From the IMG/VR virus record IMGVR_UViG_2778261395_000001: a DNA stretch of 15,435 nucleotides; one strand, written 5' to 3'. The notes under the pieces are model-generated. The model was not told where the DNA came from. It searched no databases and saw nothing but the letters and a program-made list of their open reading frames with translations. The position numbers and the translations under genes are program-made. Of this stretch, positions 1 through 8,648 are shown in pieces; positions within the stretch are counted from its first letter, which is position 1; the number at the start of each line of letters is the position of its first letter. This stretch comes from a virus. Lineage: Duplodnaviria; Heunggongvirae; Uroviricota; Caudoviricetes.

Positions 1-77
1 AGCTGATAGAAACAGAAGCCACTGGAGCACCTCAAAAACACCATCATACACTAAATCAGTAAGTTGGCAGCATCACC
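1..77 (-). mobile_element. insA: IS1 left end (IRL plus first codons of insA), continuing beyond the window start
   Basis: Reverse complement of 1..77 reads GGTGATGCTGCCAACTTACTGATTTAGTGTATGATGGTGTTTTTGAGGTGCTCCAGTGGCTTCTGTTTCTATCAGCT, which I recognise as the IS1 terminus; GTGGCTTCTGTTTCTATCAGC encodes MASVSIS, the InsA N-terminus. The inverted repeat lies at 55..77. Confidence 0.8.
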
Positions 78-431
78 CTGAACGGCATGAAAAATATCAT
101 TCTGATCATTGCATTTACTGACAAAACCGTTAGCACCAGCTTGTATCGCTCTGCCAGCATAAAAGCATTCTGATTTCGATGATAAAAATAACACTTTCAC
201 TGTGCTCTGGATTTGTTTGATCCTTTTCAGGAAGGTAAAACCGTCTGTTCCGGGCAAGTCTATATCCATAATGATTAAATCAACAGGACGGGTTCGGAGA
301 TAATCGATGGTTATGCGGTAATCATCCGTTTTCAGGACAATCTGCAATTCACTGTTTTTTTGCAACGGAACTTCAATAGACATTCTGATGATAGGATGAG
401 TATCCATAATGATCACCGACGTTGGTTTCAT
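51..431 (-). pseudogene. fimZ: fimZ response regulator, receiver domain only (codons 1-118 at 78..431), 3' part displaced by IS1; frame runs 8 codons into IS1 to a stop at 51..53
   Basis: Translation from the ATG at 429..431 gives MKPTSVIIMDTHPIIRMSIEV...DIFHAVQ, a CheY-like receiver domain matching FimZ from memory. No LuxR-type HTH domain follows; the sequence switches to IS1 at position 77. Confidence 0.75.
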
Positions 432-614
432 AGTTGCCAGTCTCATAGGAGCGGACAATTTTCCGTTAGGGCGGTAAATTGTACTTTGATACATGAAAAT
501 ACGGGTTTTCTTGATTCAGACGCGCAGCGGTGTGCGTTTGTTTGCCACTATAGCGAAATAAATCAGAAAATCAGACGCGGTCGTTCACTTGTTCAGCAAC
601 CAGATCAAAAGCCA

Positions 615-642
615 TTGACTCAGCAAGGGTTGACCGTATAAT
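615..642 (+). promoter_or_regulatory. Candidate sigma70 promoter for argU (TTGACT, 16-nt spacer, TATAAT)
   Basis: Consensus -35 at 615..620 and -10 at 637..642, about 30 nt upstream of the mature tRNA 5' end. Confidence 0.5.
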
Positions 643-673
643 TCACGCGATTACACCGCATTGCGGTATCAAC

Positions 674-750
674 GCGCCCTTAGCTCAGTTGGATAGAGCA
701 ACGACCTTCTAAGTCGTGGGCCGCAGGTTCGAATCCTGCAGGGCGCGCCA
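674..750 (+). tRNA. argU: tRNA-Arg, anticodon UCU
   Basis: GCGCCCTTAGCTCAGTTGGATAGAGCAACGACCTTCTAAGTCGTGGGCCGCAGGTTCGAATCCTGCAGGGCGCGCCA: 7-bp acceptor stem GCGCCCT/AGGGCGC, anticodon loop CTTCTAA with TCT at positions 3-5, T-arm GGTTCGAATCC, 3' CCA encoded. Confidence 0.9.
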
Positions 751-765
751 TTACAATTCAATCAG

Positions 766-1929
766 TTACGCCTTCTTTATATCCTCCATAATTCCAGAGT
801 GGGACATATTTGGGACATTATCACCAAAAATGTCGTCTATTTTCCTCGCATGCTCTGTCAAATGATTAGGCGCAAGGTGAGCATACCTACGAACCATTTC
901 TATGGACTCCCATCCGCCCATTTCCTGAAGCACTGATAATGGGACGCCTGACTGAATCAGCCAGCTTGCCCAGGTGTGTCTGAGGTCATGGAAACGGAAA
1001 TCTTCAATTCCTGCACGACGACAAGCTGATAGCCATGATGTCTTGCTGTCGATGCGCATCTTCCTGACCGCAGGCGTTGATGTTCCATCTGCTCGCTTAG
1101 CCGCCTTGGTATGTACAAACACCCATTTGTGATGCTTGCCTATTTGATCACGCAACACTTTACAGGCGGTATCGTTCAGCGCCACACCAATGGCGCGGTT
1201 TGATTTGCTCTCTTCTGGATTCACCCAGGCAACTCGTCGCTGCATGTCGATTTGTTGCCATTCCAGATTTATGATGTTCGACTTTCTCAGACCAGTTGCC
1301 AGCGCAAACTTGACGACAGATTTCAGTGGTTCGGGGCACTCATCAATAAGGCGTTTTGCTTCCTCCTTTTCCAGCCATCTGACTCGCTTGTTTCTGACCG
1401 CTGGTATCTTGATGACAGGCGCTTTTTCCAGCCACTTCCAGTCGCGTTCTGCAGCACGGAGAATGGCCTTTATCATGGCAAGATGCTTTGCCTTTGTCTG
1501 AGTTGATACTGGCTTTGGTTCATAAACAGGCAGTTCTTTACCTTTCCTGATGGCGGCCTGAACTTTCTGTTTCCATATTTCTTTCGTCTTTCTGTTATGC
1601 ATTCTGCTTACAGCAGAGTAAATCTTTGCCTCCGAGATATCTTTAAGCCTTATACCCTCAAAATGTTCAAGCCAGAACTCAATCCGGCTTTTATCTGAAT
1701 CGAGAGATTTTTTATCAGCTTTTTCCTCAAGCCATCTTAGGCAGGCCTCTTCAAAAGTGACATCAGGTAAATCCCCTAGCTTTTCTACTCGCCAGAGTTC
1801 TGCTTTTCGCTTGTCGTGCAACTCCTGAGCTTGCCGCTTGTCCTTTGTGCCAAGAGATTCCTTAATTCGTTTCCCGCCCGGGAGCGAATACGAGGCATAC
1901 CATATTTCATTTCTGCGGAAGAGTGACAT
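766..1929 (-). CDS. intD: Tyrosine-recombinase prophage integrase, 387 aa
   Basis: Complete ORF directly next to the tRNA 3' end; C-terminus carries the catalytic signature [11 protein letters not shown]...VRRYAHL (R..H-x-x-R..Y). Confidence 0.9.
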   Translation of the reverse strand: MSLFRRNEIWYASYSLPGGKRIKESLGTKDKRQAQELHDKRKAELWRVEKLGDLPDVTFEEACLRWLEEKADKKSLDSDKSRIEFWLEHFEGIRLKDISEAKIYSAVSRMHNRKTKEIWKQKVQAAIRKGKELPVYEPKPVSTQTKAKHLAMIKAILRAAERDWKWLEKAPVIKIPAVRNKRVRWLEKEEAKRLIDECPEPLKSVVKFALATGLRKSNIINLEWQQIDMQRRVAWVNPEESKSNRAIGVALNDTACKVLRDQIGKHHKWVFVHTKAAKRADGTSTPAVRKMRIDSKTSWLSACRRAGIEDFRFHDLRHTWASWLIQSGVPLSVLQEMGGWESIEMVRRYAHLAPNHLTEHARKIDDIFGDNVPNMSHSGIMEDIKKA

Positions 1930-2156
1930 TTTCTTTCCTCTGTTATGCCATCACCCGCGCTCACCTGGACAGTATGCAGCGGAGACTGAAGCGCCGCAAT
2001 GCAGGCTTGCCGTGTTGTGAGGTAAGGAGATTTTGGCTTGGTTGGATCTTTACGTGTTGCCTGTAGGCGGCCTGTTCGTATCCAGTTGGTGGCGGTTGGT
2101 CTGGATATCTTAAGAAACTGACAGGCCTCATCGAGTGTGAGGCTGTATGATTCCAT
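1785..2156 (-). CDS. xisD: Excisionase-like HTH protein (Xis/AlpA-like); the 3' extension overlapping int is of doubtful significance
   Basis: [31 protein letters not shown] has a helix-turn-helix character; ATG at 2156 follows an AGAGGT ribosome-binding site; sits immediately upstream of int. The frame stays open 145 nt into int, so the functional length is uncertain. Confidence 0.5.
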   Translation of the reverse strand: MESYSLTLDEACQFLKISRPTATNWIRTGRLQATRKDPTKPKSPYLTTRQACIAALQSPLHTVQVSAGDGITEERKCHSSAEMKYGMPRIRSRAGNELRNLLAQRTSGKLRSCTTSEKQNSGE

Positions 2157-2406
2157 GGTTACCTCTGCTTTTTGAACGCATGTCACGTAACTTCTTAATG
2201 TGTTCTGCCGTTTCGATCTCTTCTGCTATCCGATCTGCATCAGCTTTATTCACAGGTTCAAAGTCATGATTAAAGCGGAACATGCTGGCGATACATGTTC
2301 TGCCTTTTCGGATGTAGTGAACTTTGTTGTGGGTAGAACGCAGGATTTTGCAGGGAGTGCCGTGGTGGTCGACGTACCAGGTGTTAGGCAAAATGATTCT
2401 GAACAT
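2128..2406 (-). CDS. Hypothetical prophage early-left protein, 92 aa
   Basis: ORF with a GAGGTG ribosome-binding site 6 nt upstream of the ATG; same strand and tight spacing with neighbours. No motif recognised. Confidence 0.45.
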   Translation of the reverse strand: MFRIILPNTWYVDHHGTPCKILRSTHNKVHYIRKGRTCIASMFRFNHDFEPVNKADADRIAEEIETAEHIKKLRDMRSKSRGNHGIIQPHTR

Positions 2407-2453
2407 TTTTACACCTCAGTTGGACGATGTTGAAATTTGCTGCTTTGAGGCCA

Positions 2454-2672
2454 TCACAATCCCCATTGTTTGTTCTTAAGTTCGATCTCCTCCTGGCAGC
2501 TTGCACAAGTCCGACAACCCTGAACGGCCAGGCGTCTTCGTTCATCTATGGGATCGCCACACTCACAACAATGAGTGGCAGATATAACCTGGTGGTTCAG
2601 ACGACGCATTTTTATTGCTGTATTGCGCTGTAATTCTTCGATTTCTGATGCTGAATCAATGATGTCTGCCAT
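2454..2672 (-). CDS. TraR/DksA-family C4 zinc-finger protein, 72 aa
   Basis: Cys pairs CxxC ... CxxC in ...THCCECGDPIDERRRLAVQGCRTCASCQEE..., typical of phage TraR-like proteins. Confidence 0.55.
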   Translation of the reverse strand: MADIIDSASEIEELQRNTAIKMRRLNHQVISATHCCECGDPIDERRRLAVQGCRTCASCQEEIELKNKQWGL

Positions 2673-2770
2673 CTTCCATTAATCCCTGAATTGTTGGTTA
2701 ATACGCTTGAGGGTGAATGCGAATAATAAAAAAGGAGCCTGTAGCTCCCTGATGATTTTGCTTTTCATGT

Positions 2771-3085
2771 TCATCGCTCCTTAAAGACGCCGTTTAACAT
2801 GCCGATCGCCAGGCTTAAATGAGTCGGTGTGAATCCCATCAGCGTTACCGTTTCGCGGTGCTTCTTCAGTACGCTACGGCAAATGTCATCGACGTTTTTA
2901 TCCGGAAACTGCTGTCTGGCTTTTTTGATTTCAGAATTAGCCTGACGGGCTATGCTGCGAAGGGCGTTTTCCTGCTGAGGTGTCATTGAACAAGTCCCAT
3001 GTCGGCAAGCATAAGCACACAGAATATGAAGCCCGCTGCCAGAAAAATGCATTCCGTGGTTGTCATGCAGCCTCCCGACGGGCAA
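2771..3085 (-). CDS. Hypothetical small phage protein; start uncertain (ATG at 3085, or internal ATG at 2986 giving 71 aa)
   Basis: Open frame on the early-left strand; no recognisable motif; upstream part overlaps the 3' end of the Dam-like ORF. Confidence 0.35.
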   Translation of the reverse strand: MPVGRLHDNHGMHFSGSGLHILCAYACRHGTCSMTPQQENALRSIARQANSEIKKARQQFPDKNVDDICRSVLKKHRETVTLMGFTPTHLSLAIGMLNGVFKER

Positions 3086-3428
3086 GAATCCTTGAGCCGA
3101 ACGCCATCAACTCTCCACGATCAACGGTCGTAAAGTGGCAGTGTGTACGGGGGTATGGGTGCCAGATAATGAGCATCGAGCCTTTATTATTTCCACTGAC
3201 GTGTTTCCCGGTGAGTGGGTTAATAAATGCCAGTCGTCCTGCCGTGATGAATCTGACCTCACTGGCGGTTTGTATCGCTTCATGAAACCATCCGACAGAT
3301 GTGTCAGCAGGTAATAACATTACACATCCCACACTGCTGAATTTGTTTTCAGTGGCTGCCTTTTTCACAAAAGGGGAAATATTGCTGTATGGTGGATTCA
3401 ACCAGACATAACCAGAGGCATATCCCAT
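3063..3428 (-). pseudogene. Phage Dam-like DNA N6-adenine methyltransferase, 5'-truncated fragment
   Basis: NPPY catalytic motif (WLNPPY, nt 3387..3398) followed by LLPADTSVGWFHEAI and EVRFITAGRLAFINPLTG, resembling the phage Dam family. An in-frame stop lies two codons upstream of the first ATG, with no ribosome-binding site or expected N-terminal region. Confidence 0.55.
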
Positions 3429-3438
3429 TGCTTACTGG

Positions 3439-3675
3439 TTGGTTACCAACTTGTACCAGAACATGCGGGCCAATGCGCTGACTGACGCGGAATTACGGCG
3501 CAAGGCTGCCGATGAACTGTCCTGTATGACCGCGCGAATTAACCGTGGTGAGGCGATACCTGAACCAGTAAAACAACTTCCTGTCATGGGCGGTAGACCT
3601 CTAAATCGTGCACAGGCTCTGGCGAAGATCGCAGAAATCAAAGCTAAGTTCGGACTGAAAGGATCAAGTGTATGA
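3439..3675 (+). pseudogene. C-terminal fragment of a lambda P-like replication protein (P')
   Basis: Frame opens after a stop at 3409..3411 with no ATG; ends ...LAKIAEIKAKFGLKGSSV, overlapping the ren start (ATGA), as lambda P does. Identification is from gene order and recalled C-terminal similarity. Confidence 0.5.
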
Positions 3676-3974
3676 CGGGCAAAGAGGCAATTATTCATTA
3701 CCTGGGGACGCATAAGAGCTTCTGTGCACAGGACGTTGCCGCGGTAACAGGTGCAACCGTAACCAGCATAAATCAGGCTGCGGCTAAAATGGCGCGGGCA
3801 GGAATCCTGGTCGTTGATGGTAAGGTCTGGCGAACGGTGTATTACCGGTTCGCTACCAGAGAAGAACGGGAAGGAAAGGTGAGCACGAATCTGATTTTTA
3901 AGGAGTGTCGCCAGAGTGCCGCGATGAAACGGGTACTGAGGGTATATAAAAGAACATCAATGGGAACACAATGA
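3672..3974 (+). CDS. renD: Ren-like protein (lambda Ren homolog), 100 aa
   Basis: MTGKEAIIHYLGTH..FC..DVAA.TGATVTSINQAAAKMARAG..V..GKVWRTVYYRFATREEREGK.STNL.FKECRQSAAMKRVL is close to lambda Ren as I recall it. Confidence 0.8.
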   Translation: MTGKEAIIHYLGTHKSFCAQDVAAVTGATVTSINQAAAKMARAGILVVDGKVWRTVYYRFATREEREGKVSTNLIFKECRQSAAMKRVLRVYKRTSMGTQ

Positions 3975-3991
3975 TGAAACAGGTGAGTTGA

Positions 3992-4026
3992 GTTCAAACT
4001 GTAGTACAATTCTCTCCAGTTTGAAC
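3992..4026 (+). promoter_or_regulatory. Perfect 10-bp stem hairpin (GTTCAAACTG, 15-nt loop, CAGTTTGAAC) immediately upstream of the emrE ribosome-binding site
   Basis: Read directly; lies at the ren/emrE boundary. No T-run follows, so not a classic intrinsic terminator. Confidence 0.4.
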
Positions 4027-4041
4027 AGGAAAGAATATGCT

Positions 4042-4374
4042 ATGAACCCTTATATTTATCTTGGTGGTGCAATACTTGCAGAGGTCATTGGTACAACCTT
4101 AATGAAGTTTTCAGAAGGTTTTACACGGTTATGGCCATCTGTTGGTACAATTATTTGTTATTGTGCATCATTCTGGTTATTAGCTCAGACGCTGGCTTAT
4201 ATTCCTACAGGGATTGCTTATGGTATCTGGTCAGGAGTCGGTATTGTCCTGATTAGCTTACTGTCATGGGGATTTTTCGGCCAACGGCTGGACCTGCCAG
4301 CCATTATAGGCATGATGTTGATTTGTGCCGGTGTGTTGGTTATTAATTTATTGTCACGAAGCACACCACATTAA
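4042..4374 (+). CDS. emrE: Small multidrug resistance (SMR) efflux transporter EmrE, 110 aa
   Basis: MNPYIYLGGAILAEVIGTTLMKFSEGFTRLWPSVG...LLSRSTPH matches EmrE; conserved membrane-embedded Glu14 present; four hydrophobic segments. Confidence 0.9.
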   Translation: MNPYIYLGGAILAEVIGTTLMKFSEGFTRLWPSVGTIICYCASFWLLAQTLAYIPTGIAYGIWSGVGIVLISLLSWGFFGQRLDLPAIIGMMLICAGVLVINLLSRSTPH

Positions 4375-4404
4375 AATAATTTGTTTCTAAACGACTAAAA
4401 TATG

Positions 4405-4447
4405 GAGGCTCTTATATTTATATGAGCCTCGTTTTATGCTTTTTGTT
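4405..4447 (+). terminator. Intrinsic terminator after emrE
   Basis: Stem GAGGCTC / GAGCCTC with an AT loop, followed by GTTTTATGCTTTTTGTT. Confidence 0.55.
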
Positions 4448-4628
4448 AATGTCTTTATTTTTTATGTATTCTTTTGTGCTTTCAAGATTATGGCGTAAGA
4501 AAATTGCAATACGATTATTGTTGTATATTCAAGATAATGTGACCTTAATTGTCTTTTTAAATAAAAATTAAACAAAAATTATATCCCACCACTAAGGTTT
4601 ATAAAAGCATACGTTAGCAGGTGTCACC

Positions 4629-6155
4629 ATGAAAAAAGCCATAGCATATATGCGATTTTCATCACCAGGTCAGATGTCTGGCGACTCATTAAACCGACAG
4701 AGAAGACTTATTGCTGAATGGTTAAAGGTAAATAGTGATTATTATCTTGATACCATAACATATGAAGATTTAGGATTAAGTGCATTCAAAGGAAAGCATG
4801 CACAATCAGGAGCTTTTTCGGAATTTTTAGATGCTATAGAGCATGGTTATATATTGCCAGGAACTACATTGTTAGTTGAAAGTCTGGACAGACTTTCAAG
4901 AGAAAAAGTCGGTGAAGCGATTGAACGTCTGAAATTGATTTTGAATCACGGTATTGATGTTATAACTCTTTGCGACAATACAGTCTATAATATTGACTCT
5001 TTGAATGAGCCATATTCATTAATAAAAGCCATACTTATAGCACAAAGGGCAAATGAAGAAAGCGAGATAAAGTCAAGTCGGGTTAAATTATCATGGAAGA
5101 AAAAACGGCAGGATGCACTGGAATCAGGTACGATTATGACGGCGTCTTGTCCGAGATGGCTCTCCTTAGATGACAAAAGAACGGCTTTTGTTCCAGACCC
5201 CGACAGGGTGAAAACTATTGAGCTAATTTTTAAACTCAGGATGGAAAGGCGCTCATTGAATGCAATAGCCAAGTATTTAAATGATCATGCTGTAAAGAAT
5301 TTCTCAGGAAAAGAAAGTGCATGGGGACCTTCTGTAATTGAAAAATTATTAGCGAATAAAGCTCTGATAGGTATATGCGTACCTTCATATCGTGCAAGAG
5401 GGAAAGGGATAAGTGAAATCGCTGGCTATTATCCCAGAGTCATATCAGATGATTTGTTTTACGCTGTACAGGAAATTCGGTTGGCACCTTTTGGTATTAG
5501 CAATAGTAGCAAGAATCCTATGCTAATAAATCTACTTCGAACAGTTATGAAGTGTGAGGCTTGTGGTAATACCATGATTGTTCATGCGGTATCTGGAAGT
5601 TTGCATGGCTATTATGTTTGTCCGATGAGAAGATTACATCGATGTGACAGGCCATCAATAAAAAGAGATTTGGTTGATTATAATATCATTAATGAATTGC
5701 TTTTTAATTGTAGCAAAATTCAACCAGTTGAAAACAAGAAAGATGCTAATGAAACTTTAGAGTTAAAAATTATTGAGCTTCAGATGAAAATTAATAATTT
5801 AATCGTTGCATTGTCTGTCGCGCCTGAAGTTACCGCTATAGCAGAGAAAATAAGACTATTAGATAAGGAATTACGAAGGGCTTCGGTATCATTGAAAACT
5901 TTGAAGAGTAAAGGTGTAAATTCATTCAGTGATTTTTATGCTATTGACTTAACCAGTAAAAATGGACGAGAGTTATGCCGTACACTTGCCTATAAAACAT
6001 TCGAAAAAATCATAATTAATACGGATAATAAAACCTGTGATATCTATTTTATGAATGGCATTGTTTTTAAACACTATCCTTTAATGAAAGTAATATCCGC
6101 CCAGCAGGCGATAAGTGCTCTCAAATATATGGTTGATGGTGAGATTTATTTCTAA
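4629..6155 (+). CDS. ybcK: Large serine recombinase (resolvase-type catalytic domain, recombinase domain, zinc ribbon), 508 aa
   Basis: N-terminal AYMRFSSPGQ...R motif typical of serine recombinases; C-terminal CEACGN...YYVCP Cys cluster; AGGTG ribosome-binding site; AT-rich codon usage. Confidence 0.8.
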   Translation: MKKAIAYMRFSSPGQMSGDSLNRQRRLIAEWLKVNSDYYLDTITYEDLGLSAFKGKHAQSGAFSEFLDAIEHGYILPGTTLLVESLDRLSREKVGEAIERLKLILNHGIDVITLCDNTVYNIDSLNEPYSLIKAILIAQRANEESEIKSSRVKLSWKKKRQDALESGTIMTASCPRWLSLDDKRTAFVPDPDRVKTIELIFKLRMERRSLNAIAKYLNDHAVKNFSGKESAWGPSVIEKLLANKALIGICVPSYRARGKGISEIAGYYPRVISDDLFYAVQEIRLAPFGISNSSKNPMLINLLRTVMKCEACGNTMIVHAVSGSLHGYYVCPMRRLHRCDRPSIKRDLVDYNIINELLFNCSKIQPVENKKDANETLELKIIELQMKINNLIVALSVAPEVTAIAEKIRLLDKELRRASVSLKTLKSKGVNSFSDFYAIDLTSKNGRELCRTLAYKTFEKIIINTDNKTCDIYFMNGIVFKHYPLMKVISAQQAISALKYMVDGEIYF

Positions 6156-6619
6156 ATAATGATCTCGGATTTTAAGTTATGCTATGGTGATAAAGTGCAA
6201 GACAGAATTAATTATCTTTGACGAAACTTAATGGGTAATTACTTTGTTTGCTCCCACAAGCGAGTTTTGTACGGCTGTATTGGGGTAGTAAATGAGCTAT
6301 ACAATCTTAATCATTTGTTAGGTGAGAACTCTTGGTCGCAGATTCAAATACTGAAAATACGTGACAAATTATTATGAGCAAAATGGTGTATGTCACGTAT
6401 TTTGAATGGTAGGTTAAAAAATAACACCGACTTTCGTAGGTATTACTAATAATAAAGCAGAGTTTTTAGATAGTATCAATGTGCTTTGTGTATATTGTGG
6501 CAAATAATTGGGTTGGGGGTACAATTGTGATTGCTTTTGCATGAACATTGCGCCTTTATGCATAATGAGATAAAGGAATATCAAATAAAATAACGATAGG
6601 TCATAACAAAGAGGTTTTT

Positions 6620-7171
6620 ATGAAAACACTTATCGTTTCAACTGTATTGGCATTCATAACATTTTCTGCGCAGGCTGCAGCATTTCAGGTCACTAGTAAT
6701 GAAATAAAAACAGGAGAGCAACTTACAACGTCTCATGTCTTTTCTGGATTTGGGTGTGAAGGTGGTAATACATCGCCCTCATTAACCTGGTCTGGTGTTC
6801 CTGAAGGTACCAAAAGCTTTGCCGTAACTGTATATGATCCAGATGCACCTACAGGCAGTGGTTGGTGGCATTGGACTGTTGTTAATATTCCAGCAACAGT
6901 AACATATTTGCCCGTTGATGCAGGGAGACGTGATGGAACAAAACTGCCGACTGGTGCTGTTCAAGGCCGAAATGATTTTGGCTATGCTGGGTTTGGTGGC
7001 GCATGTCCTCCTAAAGGAGATAAACCACATCATTACCAGTTTAAAGTATGGGCTCTAAAAACTGAAAAGATTCCTGTAGATTCTAACTCCAGCGGAGCGT
7101 TAGTTGGTTATATGCTTAATGCTAATAAAATCGCAACCGCTGAGATAACACCAGTTTATGAGATAAAGTAG
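6620..7171 (+). CDS. ybcL: Periplasmic PEBP/RKIP-family protein (YbcL-like) with signal peptide, 183 aa
   Basis: Signal peptide MKTLIVSTVLAFITFSAQA; PEBP-like core motifs DPDAP and HHY; AGAGGT ribosome-binding site. Confidence 0.8.
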   Translation: MKTLIVSTVLAFITFSAQAAAFQVTSNEIKTGEQLTTSHVFSGFGCEGGNTSPSLTWSGVPEGTKSFAVTVYDPDAPTGSGWWHWTVVNIPATVTYLPVDAGRRDGTKLPTGAVQGRNDFGYAGFGGACPPKGDKPHHYQFKVWALKTEKIPVDSNSSGALVGYMLNANKIATAEITPVYEIK

Positions 7172-7180
7172 GGTGAGAGT

Positions 7181-7978
7181 ATGCTGGCAAGAGGTAAGAC
7201 TAACTTAAAGATCGAAGAAATACGGATGCATAAACATCATGAGATTCATAGGGTTAAGCCTCTTATGCCAGCTTTGTGTCGTATCCGTCAGGGAAAGAAA
7301 GTTATCAATTGGGAGACGCATACTTTAACTGTTGATAATAATCAAATAATATTATTTCCTTGTGGTTATGAATTTTATATTGAGAATTATCCTGAAGCAG
7401 GGCTTTATCTTGCAGAAATGCTTTACTTACCCATTGATTTAATTGAGAGTTTCCAAAAACTTTATACGGTAACTGATCAAATACGTAACAAAACAAGTTT
7501 CTTTTTACCTCAGAATCCTGAGTTAATATATTGTTGGGAGCAACTAAAAACATCTGTTTCCCGAGGCTTCTCAACTAAAATTCAGGAGCACTTAGCAATG
7601 GGCGTTCTACTATCGTTAGGAGTGAATCATGTTAATCATTTACTTTTATCATATAGTAAACAATCATTGATAAGTCGTTGTTATAACCTGCTGCTATCCG
7701 AACCCGGCACAAAATGGACAGCAAACAAGGTTGCTCGATATCTCTACATTTCTGTTTCTACATTACATCGCCGTCTAGCAAGCGAGGGGGTAAGTTTCCA
7801 AAGTATACTGGACGATGTGAGGTTAAATAATGCGTTGTCTGCTATACAAACGACGGTAAAACCTATAAGCGAGATTGCCAGAGAAAATGGTTATAAGTGT
7901 CCTTCTCGTTTTACTGAAAGATTTCATAATCGTTTTAATATAACACCAAGAGAGATAAGAAAAGCTTCCAGAGAGTAA
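7181..7978 (+). CDS. ybcM: AraC/XylS-family transcriptional regulator, 265 aa
   Basis: C-terminal AraC-type HTH region (...[33 protein letters not shown]...[15 protein letters not shown]); starts 10 nt after ybcL, so probably co-transcribed. Confidence 0.75.
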
Positions 7979-8042
7979 AAGTGTTTTAAGAAGGAGCAAT
8001 TCTATCGATTTTGATTTTGGGAAATCAACACGGCATAATTAT

Positions 8043-8080
8043 GTCACCGGAGCCTGAACAACTCCGGTGACTTCTGCGCT
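8043..8080 (+). terminator. Hairpin with perfect 10-bp stem (GTCACCGGAG / CTCCGGTGAC) followed by TTCTGCGCT; possible terminator after ybcM
   Basis: Read directly; the T-tract is weak, so terminator function is uncertain. Confidence 0.4.
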
Positions 8081-8094
8081 AAACGGGGACGTTT

Positions 8095-8196
8095 ATGCGC
8101 ACATACAATCCAAACTCTCTTCTCCCTTCACAGATGCAGAAATGCACCTGCAATTCTTTGCATCTAGCGTTTGACCTCTGCGGAGGTGAAGCGTGA
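8095..8196 (+). CDS. ylcH: Small ORF, 33 aa (ylcH-like), stop overlapping the ybcN start
   Basis: [33 protein letters not shown]; coding status not demonstrable from sequence alone. Confidence 0.3.
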
Positions 8197-8648
8197 ACCT
8201 CTCACAAGACGGCATCAAATTACATCGCGGCAACTTCACCGCTATCGGTCGGCAGATCCAGCCTTATCTGGAGGAGGGCAAATGCTTTCGCATGGTGCTT
8301 AAACCGTGGCGTGAGAAACGCAGTCTTTCCCAGAATGCACTCAGCCACATGTGGTACAGCGAAATCAGTGAATACCTCATCAGCAGGGGTAAAACGTTCG
8401 CCACTCCAGCTTGGGTAAAAGATGCTCTCAAACACACATATCTCGGTTATGAAACCAAAGACCTGGTTGATGTCGTAACCGGTGATATCACCACTATCCA
8501 GTCGTTACGCCATACCTCCGACCTTGATACCGGAGAGATCTATGTCTTCCTGTGTAAGGTTGAAGCCTGGGCGATGAATATTGGCTGCCACCTGACTATT
8601 CCGCAGAGCTGCGAGTTCCAGCTGCTGCGTGATAAGCAGGAGGCGTAA
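8193..8648 (+). CDS. ybcN: NinB-family phage protein (YbcN-like), 151 aa, GTG start
   Basis: Complete ORF starting at a GTG after GGAGGTG; first gene of a tightly overlapping nin-type operon. Confidence 0.75.

Noticed and set aside
360-641. Plus-strand 93-aa ORF
   Set aside because: Antisense to the fimZ receiver domain and extending into the argU promoter; composition looks non-protein-like.
1190-2020. Three plus-strand ORFs (1190..1501, 1252..1506, 1838..2020)
   Set aside because: Entirely within and antisense to the integrase gene, which has clear catalytic motifs.
1930-3430. Searched for a lambda Exo-like (exoD) ORF among the early-left genes
   Set aside because: No frame in this interval resembles lambda exonuclease as I recall it, so no exo homolog is annotated.
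3432-3713. Minus-strand 93-aa ORF
   Set aside because: Antisense to the P fragment and ren start, both of which have recognisable homology on the plus strand.
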